DNA of 64,000 nt, taken from Anthoceros angustus (Eukaryota > Plantae > Anthocerotophyta). Made by a program: the position numbers and the translations under genes. The stretch is taken from NCBI GenBank assembly GCA_010909165.1, contig VJWM01000305.1, positions 33,411 through 97,410 of the forward strand. Reading direction: 5' to 3'. The notes under the pieces were generated by a model. That model was not told where the DNA came from and searched no databases. It saw only the letters and a program-made list of their open reading frames with translations. Below are positions 50,267 through 62,869 of the stretch, one piece after another (within the stretch, counting starts at the first letter, position 1; each line of letters opens with the position of its first letter).

Positions 50267-50783
50267 GGGTTGGTAGTGAATTAATCCCCTGTGGACAAAA
50301 TAGATGCTGAACTAATCCATCATAGGCCAAATAGGTGCAGGAATATTTGTGATAGGCTAGCTAGCTATGGCTGATCCTCTACTACCTATGCAGATGGTAG
50401 ATAGTGGAAGCGTTCAACATCATAATAGAGACTGTGGTTTTGATGACCGAATTTCTTCTACGTCGAGGAGGTATGCAATTGTGACGTGCTGAGAAGAAGT
50501 TTTCAAAACCTAATCACGACATCCTGTGCACTACCGGGACCAATCGTGAGGATCAAGTGTTAAGCGCTCTTTATTCATGGCAAGACAACAGTCGCGCTGA
50601 CACCCCGGCTTCTGCTTTTGGCAGACTTGCCGGGTGGTGATGCAAACTGACGCTAGATGAAGCTTTTTCCCAATCAACCTGTCTCGTAGCCGTGGTATGA
50701 GCAATGTCAATTCATAGCTCCATATGAAGCAAGGTCGCACATCGCTACAATCGACAAATGCTTGATCAGTCTGATCATGGTGA

Positions 50784-53152
50784 CTAGAAGAACGACCCCG
50801 GAAGACGTTGGTTGCAAACCATGCTGGGTATCTGGTGAAACATGAGAAGTCACTTGTTATCATCCGCAGACTGGCTTGTCAAAGATCTAGCACGGCAAGC
50901 ACTCGGTTAAGCTGTACCTTTTCACCAAAAAATATTTTCGTGTTGTTAGCTATAGATTCAAAAAACTTGAGCTCTAGGAACTGCGGTGTCAACTTCAACT
51001 TGTTCACTTCAGCTTCCTTCGACGCTCTGTTGACAAAGCCAAACATGATTTCAAGGTGAAATGATAGAACATAAGCTCTAGGAACTGCGGTGTCAACTTC
51101 AACTTGTTCACTTCAGCTTCCTTCGACGCTCTGTTGACAAAGCCAAACATGATTTCAAGGTGAAATGATAGAACATAAGCTCTAGGAACTGTGGTGTCAA
51201 CTTCAACTTGTTCACCTCAGCTTCCTTCAATGAGCTACTGAGAAGACCAAACATGGTTTCAAAGTAAAATGATAGAACACGAGCCCTTTTGCTTATCTGT
51301 CAAGTACCTGTAAAAATCCGAGTCAGCAAGACTCTTCGGCATTGATGTGTAGATCTCATTTTCAATGAACTGCTGTCTCTTAATACTCTCTTTCTCCATT
51401 AATCGCTGCTCCATAGGGATCTTACTAACTTGAGCAGCTTGCTCTGCTTCTGTGACAACCCTTTTCTTCGCCGTATCTGCTTCTTTCTCAATAACCTTTT
51501 GCTTTTCAATTGCTATCAGAACCTTCCAGGAGCTGCACATTGAGTGAAAATTTTGAGATTGAGAAGAAACTGAGTAGGATATTGAACGCCAGAAATTTTA
51601 CCTTGTTTCGTTCTTCTTCCATTGTTTGATAATTCCGGGAAATAGACTCTGGAATAGTCGGCTTAGTAACCCGGACACTGATAATCTCAAGACCCTGTGC
51701 ATATCGAGTACAGTCCCGTTGAATTGCCCTTTTGACCTTTTCATCAATCTGCAAAACATATCCGAACATGACAGTTTCTTGAGACAGTCCATACTCCTCC
51801 ACGTTGGCCGGCCTGAACAGAACACTCGCAAAACCACAGTACCTCACCTGATCGAACATACCAATGTAGACTTCTTGAAGGGAATGAGAGCTGCAAAACT
51901 GGTTAACAAAATTCGTGATGGATTTTATCGTATATCCATATTTGTCATATGTAACACCATAATTTAGAATAGTCTCGTGAACATGGTCCTTGTTTAGCCG
52001 GTTGACAAACTGCAGAGGAATGCTTCATAAATTATCACTACAATTAGCAGGAGACAACTTGGAACAATTAGCAGGAGACAACTTGGAAGTTGGCTGTGTC
52101 TTGTATGGTGATGCGTCTTGACTTGCTACTTTTCCCACATATAACGAAATCAGACTTGCTACCGGACATGCTACAGAGACCAAGTTACCTCGACCTTGTC
52201 AAAGAAGATCATTACTCCACCTTTTGTACCACATGGGATGTTCCTAACCTGATATGATTGGAATGATGTGAGCACACAACTTGTCCTGGAATGATCAAAT
52301 AAGTTATCCCACAAAAATGGGAAATTCCTGTCCACACTGCAAGGTACCAACACTTTCGTCACCTCATTCATCAATTTTTCAAGTACCCGCTTGTTAAGTT
52401 TACCTCATCGGTTTGAATGGTAACTTGGATAGGATCCACGCGGGTGACGAAAGGTAGCATAACATGGAAACCTACCGGACTTGTTCAAAAGCACAGCAAG
52501 CATTTAGTCACATGAAACTACAGCTCCTGAAACTGAGCTTAAAAATCAGGATGCTGCTGAATTTATTGAAATTTCTCCCCAATAACATTGGACGCAACAG
52601 GTGAAAATGTCTGCCGCAACAAGGCACCGCCTCTCCAGTACACGCCCACATGACCTTCCGGAATCTGATGCAGAACTCCCAGGTGACTGCCGCTCACTGA
52701 AAGACACGCTACGACCTACAAATCCATGGCGAAACACCAGTCATCGAGACTGTTACAGCTCGGAGGAGATCTTGTCGTAGTGACGGCGGTCATCTCGACG
52801 CGGCGCTTGGACGTCTATGGGTTTGACCTCTGCCTCTGCTGGGCCACTGGGTGTACATTGTCACTTCTGGTTTGCGACGACAGCTTGTACACTACTGTTG
52901 CAGACTGGCTTGACATACATAATGACCACCATCGTACCTGACAGGATCTACGACACAAGAGATAGAAGTGCAACTGGCATTGCCAGACACAGCCCCTCAT
53001 GAGGCATCACACCAACAAGAACTTTGAAGAACTTGTCGAGGGCAACTTACCGCAGTGCTCACTGATACGGCAGTCAGTAGAACATCAAGTGATCTCAAGG
53101 ACGATACTTGAGCGGGAGCTCCTCGAACTGGCACTCGACTGGAAGTGTCCAT
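50784..53152 (-). pseudogene. ERLIN: ERLIN/SPFH (band 7) family gene, 9 exons, probably damaged
   Basis: [75 protein letters not shown]. Lesions: exon 2/3 phase mismatch, compensated frameshift, triplicated acceptor, non-conservative substitutions. Confidence 0.8.
50970..51281. repeat. 3 x 104-bp tandem repeat spanning an ERLIN intron/exon junction
   Basis: Units start at 50970, 51074 and 51178; the first two are identical and the third is diverged. Confidence 0.95.
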
Positions 53153-53236
53153 AGTTGTACGGCTGCCAAGCCGAATATTTCGGGATTGGAAGCGTCCCAA
53201 AACGTTCAGCAACAAGAGAGCTGTCTAGCGTCTACC

Positions 53237-56200
53237 ATGTCCAACAAGAAGCGGAAAATGCAGGAGCAAGAGGATATGCATGACCTGGACTTTGTCAACA
53301 GCTATCAGCAATACTTGGATGATTATCATAACAGTGACATCCAGGACATTCTGTGTGCTGAAAATGGAGACGACCGCTACTTTATCTCAATTGAGTAAGT
53401 GGCTCGCCAGATTTAAGATGACCTGGGTCCTCGTCAGGCAGACCTGAAGATTTTGGCGCTAATTTTTGTCCGAGTACTTTGTTCACAACTTCGTGTTTGA
53501 CAGCTTCGCAGACCTGCTACAGGCCAGCGACCAGTTGGTTCACACCCTTTTCACAAATCCCCTGCATCAGTTGAGGCTGTTTGATCAAGCAGCAGCGAGG
53601 GCTCAGGTGGGGACTAATAGTCTGGTTCTTAGGCTGCAAAGGTTTTTGTCCAGCTGTCAGGAACTTCGCTCTTACATGTGGCCACAGCAAGCCATTTCGG
53701 AAGCATGTGAGGAACGGAAGAGTATGTCGGTCAAGCCGGTTGTTCGCATCAGACTTGCTGTGGAAGGGTCACCCTTGGATTGCCCAGGTGAATCGTGGGT
53801 GCAGGTTAACCGTTGTTTTACATGAGTGGTGCTGAAAGTCAGCCTGTTCACGGCCATTCTGACAGAAAATAGCGATGTACATCAGAAGGACTTTTAGTTC
53901 CGCATCTTGTCCTGATGTTATATCCTGCTGTGTGACTACTAACTGCTAGCAACTTGAACTCAGAAACACATCCAAGCATCGGGCATATACGGGTCAAGCA
54001 TGTTGGACAATTGCTTACGGTCTCTGGAACTGTTAGTCGATGTGGTGCTATGAAGCTGTTTCAAGGGGAGAGGATATATGAATGCGCGAAGTGTAAATAC
54101 AGGTGGCGCGTATTGACACCCTACCTCCCTATTTTTGGCGAGGTTCAGACACTAACAATTTAGCTAAGACGCTTCCATGGCAGATTCTTGGTGTACCCAG
54201 GGCTGGAAGTGGGCAATTCTACACCGATACCGTCTTCTTGTCCCTCTGAAGTACCTCCGATACTTTTGTTACTGAGAGTCAAGACTGCTGTAAACTGGCG
54301 CTTTCCAGGCTGCATATTATACTAAGCAGAACATGGGGCTGACCACAGTTGTCACACTCCCTGACGTTGCTGCAGCGCAATCACCGTTGTAAAGGAGTAA
54401 CATTCCAGCTAGTTGAGAACAGTATCATTTGCCACGACTATCAGGAGATCAAAATTCAGGAGAATATTGATACACTTGTTGTGGGCTCCATCCCTCGCTC
54501 CCTCACAGTTGCTCTGGAGGATGATCTTGTGGATACTGTAGCAGCGGGTGGTGGGTCATCTTTCCTAAGCGTCAGTCATGGCCTTGTATTTTGTCTAGTT
54601 TTTCTGAAATGTGCCCAAGTTGAGAGAGGCAGGCAGGTTTCTTCTGGAAGTTCCTAACAATGACGATCTAGGTGCAGGTTTTGTATGTTGAGAAGAGCAC
54701 AAATCAAAAGAGTAAGGGGTAGACTGACCCATTCTTGCTTACAGATCATGTCACTGTCACTGGTATCCTTTATGCTAAATGGCGCACATCAGTTACAGAT
54801 GGACGTTGTGATCTGGAGCTGACGTTGCGTGCAAACCACATCAGGTAGGCTTTGTTAAATCACATGCAAACATGTCATTTGTTATAGGCTCCATGCAGCT
54901 GGATAACCCAGGTGATTGTGTTCTGTTCATGAGCATCTGCATACTGCAGCCTTACCTGAGTTTGTCTGATACACAGAAAGTCCAATGACGTCAGACCGAC
55001 CAATTATCTGTCAGGCCAGATAATACAAGAGTTTGAGGGTTTTTGGAAACAGTTCAAAGAAGCTCCTCTTGAAGGTTGAACTCCTGGCCCAAGTGTTAGT
55101 TAGGGTAGCGGGATGTGTATCACCAGATGGCAATTGCTGAAGAAAGATACCATGTTTTCTGAGCAGGCAGGAATATTATACTACAACAGATATGTCCTCA
55201 GGTTTATGGCCGTTCTAGTGCCAAGCTTGCAGGTATACTCAATCCCAGTTGTTCTCCTTGAACTTATGAACCAGCTTGCATATGAAAGCCCCAAGAGATA
55301 TGTACTGCCGGCTTTTTTGCCCTGAGCATGTCGCTTATGGCCTGTCGTCTTGCACTTGGCAGTTGCCTTAACACTGATTGGGGGTGTACAGCACATTGAT
55401 GCTTCTGGCTCCAGAGTCCGCGGCGAGTCCCACCTTCTGCTTGTTGGTGACCCAGGTTGGTTCCTGCAGTGTTGATCTTCCCTTCTGGAATGAGCTGTCA
55501 TTGCTGACCGATTTCTCTGCATCACTCAGGGACTGGCAAATCTCAGTTTTTGAAGTATGCAGCCAAGCTTAGTACTCGAGCAGTGATGACATCTGGTGTG
55601 GGAAGTAGCAGTGCAGGTTTGAGTGTAACAGCTGTGAAGGATAGAGGTAAACAGGTTGTGTGTGAGCTCATGGTCAACTGACCCCAAGAATGTCGTGGTA
55701 TTAATAGCATTGGCTATGGTGCTGACCAATCCACGTTCATGCATGTTAACTGACAGGGGAGTGGATGCTCGAGGCTGGAGCCCTTGTTCTTGCAGATGGG
55801 GGTCTATGTTGCATAGATGAATTTGAAAGGTTTGTTGTTCCATCTGATTTTCATGTGAGTGGTCCCTATGTGAACGTCACCATGGAGCTCTCACTAAGAC
55901 TTGTGTTACTCATGACGACTGTTTATTTGACCTTGTTTAGTATGAGAGAACCTGATCGAGCTACTATACACGAAGCAATGGAACAGCAGACAATCAGTGT
56001 TGCCAAGGTTTGATCTGCTGACCGTTGTAGCCAGGGTGCTGCTTATGGCCAGATTGCAGACCTAATTCAGGGCTGGGCAGTGCAGGCAGGTCTGATAACA
56101 ACAGTCAGCACCAGGACAACAATATTTGGCGTTACAAATCCCAAAGGAGCATATGACCCGTACCGATGTATCCACCCATGCTGGGGGTGGTTGTACAATT

Positions 56201-57316
56201 TTTGGCTTAGTACTGATCTCAGCTGTCCTGTAAAGCCTTACATTCTCTGTCTCCTTCACCAGGCTATTTCAGCTCTCACCGAGAACACCAGTTTGTCGAG
56301 TCCTCTATTGAGCCGCTTCGATATGGTTCTTGTGCTTCTTGACACAAAGAATGCAGAGTGGGACAGCACTGTTTCATCACATATTCTTCATGAGGTAGAA
56401 GTTTGACTGATCAACTATGTTTCACTTTTGTGCTAAAGACAGTAAGGATTTCAAGTACCCTAAATAGCCAATGGCAACTTTCAGCACTGCTCGGATAAGA
56501 TAAAGAGGGGTGGCACCCCATGGACACTGGCAGCGTTACGAAGGTACCGTTCACAGGGTTGAGGCAACGGCTGCTTGATTCTTAGCACTTAATGAAAGGT
56601 TGACCCATTCCGTTTATGACAGCTACATCCAATACGTGAAGGAGATGTTCCAGCCTAGATTAACAAAAGAGTCTGAGAAGGTTCTGGTGACCTACTACCA
56701 GCTGCAGAGGAGGAACGGGCGAGAACATGCAGGTTTTGATCACACAACTGCCTATTCCGTCCCGTGTGTATGAGAGGACCCAAGACACAAGACCACAGAG
56801 TGTGTACTTCTAGACTATTTAAAGGACATGTGATTGAGTCTTGGATTTTAAAAGCAGATTGACATGTGCAGCTAGGACAACACTCCGCATGCTGCAAAGC
56901 TTGATCCGGCTGGCACAAGGTGAACGCCTTGTTGAAAATCGTGGTTTAATTGTGGTCCCCTGCTTCAACAAACCGTAGCAACACTGTTGTTGAGATTCAA
57001 AGGTCGGTGTTGCTGGTGTAGAGATTTCTAAACTTTCTGATTTTCGCTTTTTCTTATCTGTCTCTCAGCACATGCAAGGCTTATGTTTAGGCAACAAGTG
57101 TTGGAAATGGATGCAATAGCAGCAGTTGCTTGTGTGGAGCTGTCCATGACTACATGTAGTTTATTTGATGGAGCGCCACTTACATTGAATGCATTCTTCA
57201 CCAACACACCTGATGAAGATTGTATCCTTGCTTAGAGAAGCGTAAGGTTTGTTCTTTCGGCACATGACACTAATATTTCTTGCAAGTTATCACTTGACTG
57301 AGATGCCAGACCTTAA
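53237..57316 (+). CDS. MCM9: MCM9 helicase, about 20 exons (last exon tentative)
   Basis: Manually spliced GT-AG exons keep frame from 53237 to 57221: [30 protein letters not shown] (Walker A), [61 protein letters not shown]9 rather than another MCM is from recalled family motifs. Confidence 0.9.
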
Positions 57317-58065
57317 GGGTAGGCACTTCGTGCTTTCTGAGCTTCAATTGGTGTGATCGTGGTTGTTCCTTGGCGGAGAAAATGGGCAAGAATGGGATCC
57401 GGTAAGTTGGTTAGCTGTGCAAGCGCATGTACACGTCTGCCATTTGCGCAGGAAGTGTATAGAACTTGATTTGAGGAAGAGTCATGTGAGGGGCAGACCT
57501 CCTGAGGAGGTCAAGATGAGGGTTTGGGGAAGATTTTTCCCTCCTTTGCCCGGGGGAGATTTTTCCTCCTTTGCCCAAGATAGTTTGAGTAGTGAACAAC
57601 GAGAACAATATTGCCAACAAGTGTGTGTTGATTGGTAGAGATGTTGCTAGCCATTAATGGCAATGAAGGTCTTGTCTGAGTCCTCAGGGTATTTAGCGAG
57701 GAGGCTCAGCTGTTGTTTCCCAGCTCTCTAATCCGATTCTGAAATGAACTGTCTTGTTAAGAAAGCAGCTGTTTAGTATCCGCAACAGTTACTCAAGTGG
57801 GATTCTCATGCGTTCCTGTCCGTTGTAGAAGAAGCATTCGATGTCCAACCCTTAGCCACGCTGAAACGATGAGGTCTATTTAACAGGCCATAATGTATTG
57901 CAGACATTTCAAACCGCGTTTTGGTCAAACGGGAACGTTGTTTTGCCCCGGATTCAGGTTCGGTATGAGGGAAGTCTGTCCCCGAGCCTCCTACCCAACC
58001 CAGTAAGCAAAAGGGCCTGCCACGAAACGGCAATCGCGAGGCGCCGTTTGGCGGGCTGGAGCTGT

Positions 58066-58177
58066 TTTAGATGTGTGTCCAAATGGCCTAGGCCAAATAC
58101 ACACATTTATAAGAACGTCGTGATTAAGCATGCTGCGCTTAGATCGGTATTTAGATGGGGTGCTTAAAGGGAGTGGA
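58066..58177 (-). repeat. Right copy of ~113-bp inverted repeat (putative TIR)
   Basis: See left copy; shared core TACCGAT.TAAGC.CAG.ATGCTTAATCACGA.GTTCTTATAAA. Confidence 0.85.
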
Positions 58178-58243
58178 TGTCCTTGGTGCAAGTAGCTTAG
58201 CCACACCAAGATACAAGTCGTTAAGTACCAAGTTCCATGACGA

Positions 58244-58419
58244 AAATCTGTCTTAAGTGGACTTAAATCAAATTCTTCTTCATTCTTCTTCTGTTTGCCG
58301 TTTTTTGTTGTTAGTTCACCCTCTGTCATTAGTGGACTTAAATCTGTCTTTAGTGGACTTAAATCAAATTCTTCTTCTTCTTCTTCTGTTTGCCGTTTTC
58401 TGTTGTTAGTTCACCCTCT
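58244..58419. repeat. Tandem duplication, period about 96 bp
   Basis: aaatctgtctt.agtggacttaaatcaaattcttcttc...gttcaccctct at 58244 and 58340. Confidence 0.9.
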
Positions 58420-58570
58420 TTTTTTCTCGAAACGGTAAGACTTATATCTTTATGTTCTGTTCTTTATGTTCTGTTTTTCTTCCCGGGTCATCCGCAAACC
58501 TCGAGAAACCAAACGTGCAAAGTCTGTATGGAGGTCCAAACGGTGTAGGATCGAATACCCTTATTATTTT

Positions 58571-58630
58571 TTGTGTCAAGCCTTGTTATTATTCTTTGTG
58601 TCAAGCCTTGTTATTATTCTTTGTGTCAAG
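58571..58630. repeat. 25-bp minisatellite, about 2.4 copies
   Basis: ttgtgtcaagccttgttattattct starting at 58571, 58596 and 58621. Confidence 0.9.
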
Positions 58631-59171
58631 TTGTAAACCAGACGTCCAGCAACATACCTGCATCTTAGATTTCAAAATCACCACGAGACACGACCTCCGT
58701 GGTGTTCTGCAGTTGCAACTGTCAGGACTAAAAGATAAAAACCTCGGGATAAACCTTCGATTCTTACTGTGAAAATTTCCGAAATACATCAAAAGATAAT
58801 TTCCTAAATCAGATTCTTACTCGATGGGACATGTTGCAGCCATGAATCAGAGTGTCCAACAAAATGTTCAGGACTACCCATAAGTTCTTTGAGGCTTTGA
58901 TGCCAGGACATTGGCATCTCAGGCACGACGGGAACCAAAACCTCAACAATATTCCAGAAAGCAGAGCTGACCGACATGTGTACCACCAGCCAAAAGGCTC
59001 CCGGTGGTTGAAGCCTTCAACCAGTGGAACCAGAAACAAGAAAAAAAGCAGGGTATACTAGCCCCAGTAGAGGAACCGCCTAGCTAATTCATGGTGTCCG
59101 CCACTCCAGGCTCATGGGCCATGTGAGGTCGCTTCTTGTGACGGTTAATCCTGCATTAGGTACAAACAAAC

Positions 59172-60074
59172 CTAAGCAACATAATCATCTTCAAGGATAG
59201 GTCTCGTGCGGCTCGCTGCAGCTGCAGGCGCTCGGCTGTTGCCAATCAAAGCTGTCTGCAGAGTCTCTCCGCGGTCCGCAATACCCTGCATCTTCTTGAT
59301 CTTAGCACTGTTCACCATTCCATGTCCAACTAGAGCCAGGAGTCCCAGAAACAGCAACAAACCCAGCACTCCAACAACAGTGCCCACAGCTATCTTCCAC
59401 GCATCCGAGGTCTGTGAGCGTGCAACGGCTGACAGCTGTGAAGGGGATAATACAGAAAAATCTCCTAGATGATCGTAGGAACACGTCCCTGAAAACATCG
59501 TGGTATCAGCGACAATGCCCGGTGAGCTGTTGCTAAAAGAAGCACATAGAGAACCGCTTCCAGTGAAAGCAGGATCCAACCGAACAATAATACGATCCTG
59601 TGTAGCGATGACACTCAGCTCGGGGAGCTGCTCCGTGCTAGTGAGATTGGCAGCATCGTAAACCAAAATACCGACTACCGGACCCGAGTTATACCCAGGT
59701 GGAAGGGAAGAATTGAAAACAGAAACGTTATTGAACTTCCTGTAGACTAAAACCACACTCCGAAGGGTCTCATTCACAACCACACCAGTAGGGATGCTGA
59801 ACTCATTGAAGACGAAGCCACGTCTCCGTAGACTGCCAGTTCTCAACCGGACTGCCTGCACGGTAATATCCAGCATATCCGGTGGTAGTGACACATTGAA
59901 GATAGTTCCTGTCTTGGGATGCCTGAAAGCCTTGAATGCATAACTCTGGATCAAGGAGTTATTCAGGACCGCGAGATCACTTCGTACAGCTACGGTGGCC
60001 CTCATTGTCAGCGGTTCCAAGAGATCAGCGTGAGCTGCCGAGATGACTGACAGTAGCATGAGCACTAAAATCAT
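59172..60074 (-). CDS. DUF1191-family plant membrane protein (signal peptide, C-terminal TM), single coding exon
   Basis: YAFKAFRHPKTG, AVRLRTGSL, EFSIPTGVV, PVVGILVYDA.NL, WKIAVG TM helix, RAPAAAASRTRPILEDDYV; likely start MILVLMLL at 60074. Confidence 0.85.
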   Translation of the reverse strand: MILVLMLLSVISAAHADLLEPLTMRATVAVRSDLAVLNNSLIQSYAFKAFRHPKTGTIFNVSLPPDMLDITVQAVRLRTGSLRRRGFVFNEFSIPTGVVVNETLRSVVLVYRKFNNVSVFNSSLPPGYNSGPVVGILVYDAANLTSTEQLPELSVIATQDRIIVRLDPAFTGSGSLCASFSNSSPGIVADTTMFSGTCSYDHLGDFSVLSPSQLSAVARSQTSDAWKIAVGTVVGVLGLLLFLGLLALVGHGMVNSAKIKKMQGIADRGETLQTALIGNSRAPAAAASRTRPILEDDYVA

Positions 60075-61260
60075 GTAACAACCTTTCAAATGTCTCGCGT
60101 CCGGCAGCCCCTTTCTGCATAAGGAAGCTCCGACCACTGGGCTTTTACATTCTTGAATCTGGAAGAACAGGCACAAGATCGGCCACCGGAGACCTGGCCA
60201 TGAAACGCCTCCGGCATATCCAGCACATGCACACTGGTGCGCAAAGAGAAAAAGATGCGGAGACAGATAGGAGAGGCAAGGCAGCAAACGGGAAGGGCAA
60301 CCTCGGAGCCCCATGCACTGGCAGGAAGCTAGCAAGCTGCTAGTCAAAACAGAGGTGATACCCCCGCCAAGGACGTCGCCCGCCATAACCGCATTGGATC
60401 ACGCCTTCGTAGAGCCAACCTCGGCCGTGAAACTCTAAGCTCGAGGGTAGACTCTAGGTGGCCGGAGGCCGCACATGGACAGCCACCTTTTTTGGCACTC
60501 AAACGGCACACTTTCTCGGTGCACAGTGGGCGGGCATAATCAAAACAGCGGGGAAGCAAGTAAAAGCAAATACATAGGTAAGTCCATGTTTGCTCTATCT
60601 ATCTATCTATCACTTTGGACCAAACCTAACCAGGTGTACGGCAGGCGTACCATGGACTACCGAAGACGTCAGGGGGCCACCAAGGATTTTTATCGAGGGT
60701 GACATAAAACGTTTTCTGCCGCATACGACACGAAAATTTCTTATGTGACACACTTGATGACATCAGCCGCGGGTGCTGCCCCCCCATATACCGATGTCAT
60801 CAGAAGGTGTGTCAAGAATCTTTTTAAGGTGCGATACACATGGTTTTCTTTCTTAGGGTTGTCAGAGCATCGGCCCTTGCACATTCTCACAAGCACCCAT
60901 CTGGCCGTCAGTATGTCGTCAACAAACCGTCACCAGGCCTGTGTGGCAGATAGCCTAGAGCATCCATCCAAGCCTCGTGCGACTGCAAAGCCGGATGATG
61001 CTGCAATTGGGAGGATTACCTCACGGATGAAGACCACACATTTGACCAAAAACAAAGCCACCATTGGGCTCATGCCTCAATTCGACACATATAAGAATTC
61101 CACACGGTCAGCGCTCGCACCTCATGGTGGGAGCGCACAAAAGAATTCTCTACATCCTACACCCCACTCAATCCCGAAAGAGCCTCAAAGCTTGTCCGCA
61201 AGTCCCTCGCACCTCGCGCACCACAGCCCGGAGCCAGAGCAGGGTGATCGCTGTCTACGC

Positions 61261-62793
61261 TCACGGTATGGCTTTAGCCTCCGTCCACTCCTGGAGGTAT
61301 TCGGGTAATGCCTCCCATCTACTCCTGCACTCCTTGTAGAGTTTCATCAGTGCCATGTGCAACCGATACATGTTTGGGAGGAAGTCCATGTCCTCCAAGC
61401 TCTTTGCATATGCATTGTCCCTTGCCATATGCGCTCCCAGACAACCCATGCTAGTGCCCCCACACTAATCAGGGCCCCTTGGCTGCACATCTCGGAGGGA
61501 TGCAACCCTCATCCCTAATAATGCAAAAGAACTCACACACATGCAAATTACGGTTTCTCACCTCGGCCGCTAGCTCAATGGCACCTGCAGCATCTTGCCA
61601 TGTTCATGACATCGTGGGCCACCGACGTCGAACTCCCCACCATCGTCCTCTACAACTCCATATGATGGTGGCTGCACCCACCCTTGTAGCCACGCCTCTT
61701 CCTGGAATGTTATTGCATGAATGTGCTTGGGGATGTCTATGTTGGCAGCCCTAATCTTCCGCACCAGGTGCCTATTCCACACCTACCTCCAACGTTCAAG
61801 CTCCACCCTCATCGTGGGCATGAAGCTGACATGGAGCGAATGGATGTGCCATGGGTTGGTGATATCCAATTCGCTTGCCCTAACCATATCCACCATGTAC
61901 CCCTTGTACAGGTTCACCCACTTCTCCCCCAAGGATTGCTAGAAATGTTCAATCCTCTACAGCAAGGCCGCATTCACTCCCTTGACCATCTTTCATCGCA
62001 GACAAGGGCAACGAAGACCATGCACCAAATTTTTACCTGGTTGTGTACCGAGGGGCCGTGGATGAAGTTGCTTCCATGTGCCCTTGGCCTCACTAGGTTC
62101 ATATCTGCCTCTATTAGGTTGTGCTCTGCTGCATAATCCGACCGAATGCGCTGCATATGCTCAAACTTCCTCACTACATCCACATAGGCGTTATAAATCG
62201 TCGTGCCCCGCTTGTTATCCTCTAGTACTAACCATGGGACGTAATGGGTTGCCCCATCTATGGCCCCATGGACTCTGAAAAAGAATGGTACATCTTGTAT
62301 AAGTTGCGCACCACAGAACCACATCCACCCGTCACCAAATGCAGTCACAACTCCTGCAATCACTCCCAATGCGATCCTACGAACATCACACACAGCCCCG
62401 ATTGCTACAAGCACTTACAATCCATATGCCGCATGTACATGGGCGTCGCATTGGTGTACTGCACGCAGCGGATGCGGATTGTTGACCATCGGTCCACGTG
62501 CTCCGGCTGCATCAAACGTAGCATCTCCGTGACATGCCTCCTAGGGATTTCGATTCCGTCGAGTTGTAGCTCTGCCTACACAACTTGTATTCCAGCGTTC
62601 ACGCCATGCCGTGTGATGGGCATGTGCGTGGAAATCAAAGTGCACACCTCCTCCGCAGACAGCCTCCCATACAACCCACGACGTCCGTGTGCCGATGTAG
62701 GAGCCTCGTCACCGTGCTCAAGCTGCAACCAATGGCCTTCTTGATTGCAAGTGCTACACCGCCAACTCGTATACCGCTTCTGGTGTCAACCAT
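61261..62793 (-). mobile_element. Degenerate intron-containing DDE transposase, IS3EU/rva_4 (integrase-core)-like
   Basis: HTH-like AIKKAIGCSLSTVTRL; YTNATPMYMRHMD; VHGAIDG; RIRSD; GPSVHNQ|intron|RIEHF*QSL; DITNPWHIHSLHVSF...WNRH; several TAG stops. Confidence 0.75.
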
Positions 62794-62869
62794 GCGTGCT
62801 GGAAGGCCCCTCTCCTTGCAACCCCTCCTCTCCCCCTTGTAAACGATCTGGTATTGGAAACTCCCTGTT

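Noticed and set aside
50790-51420. Leu-to-Pro changes in ERLIN as RNA-editing sites
   Set aside because: C-to-U editing is organellar; this is an intron-rich nuclear gene, and decay is the simpler explanation.
55815-55829. MCM9 Walker B reads IDEFE instead of IDEFD
   Set aside because: The catalytic DE pair is intact and the following position varies among MCM9 orthologs as I recall; not evidence of inactivity.
60075-60386. 104-aa N-terminal extension of the DUF1191 ORF
   Set aside because: Cys/Leu-rich, intron-like sequence ahead of a normal signal peptide; more likely 5' UTR or intron read-through.
60745-61308. 187-aa plus-strand ORF
   Set aside because: Non-ATG start in the track, no motifs, antisense to the transposon 3' region.
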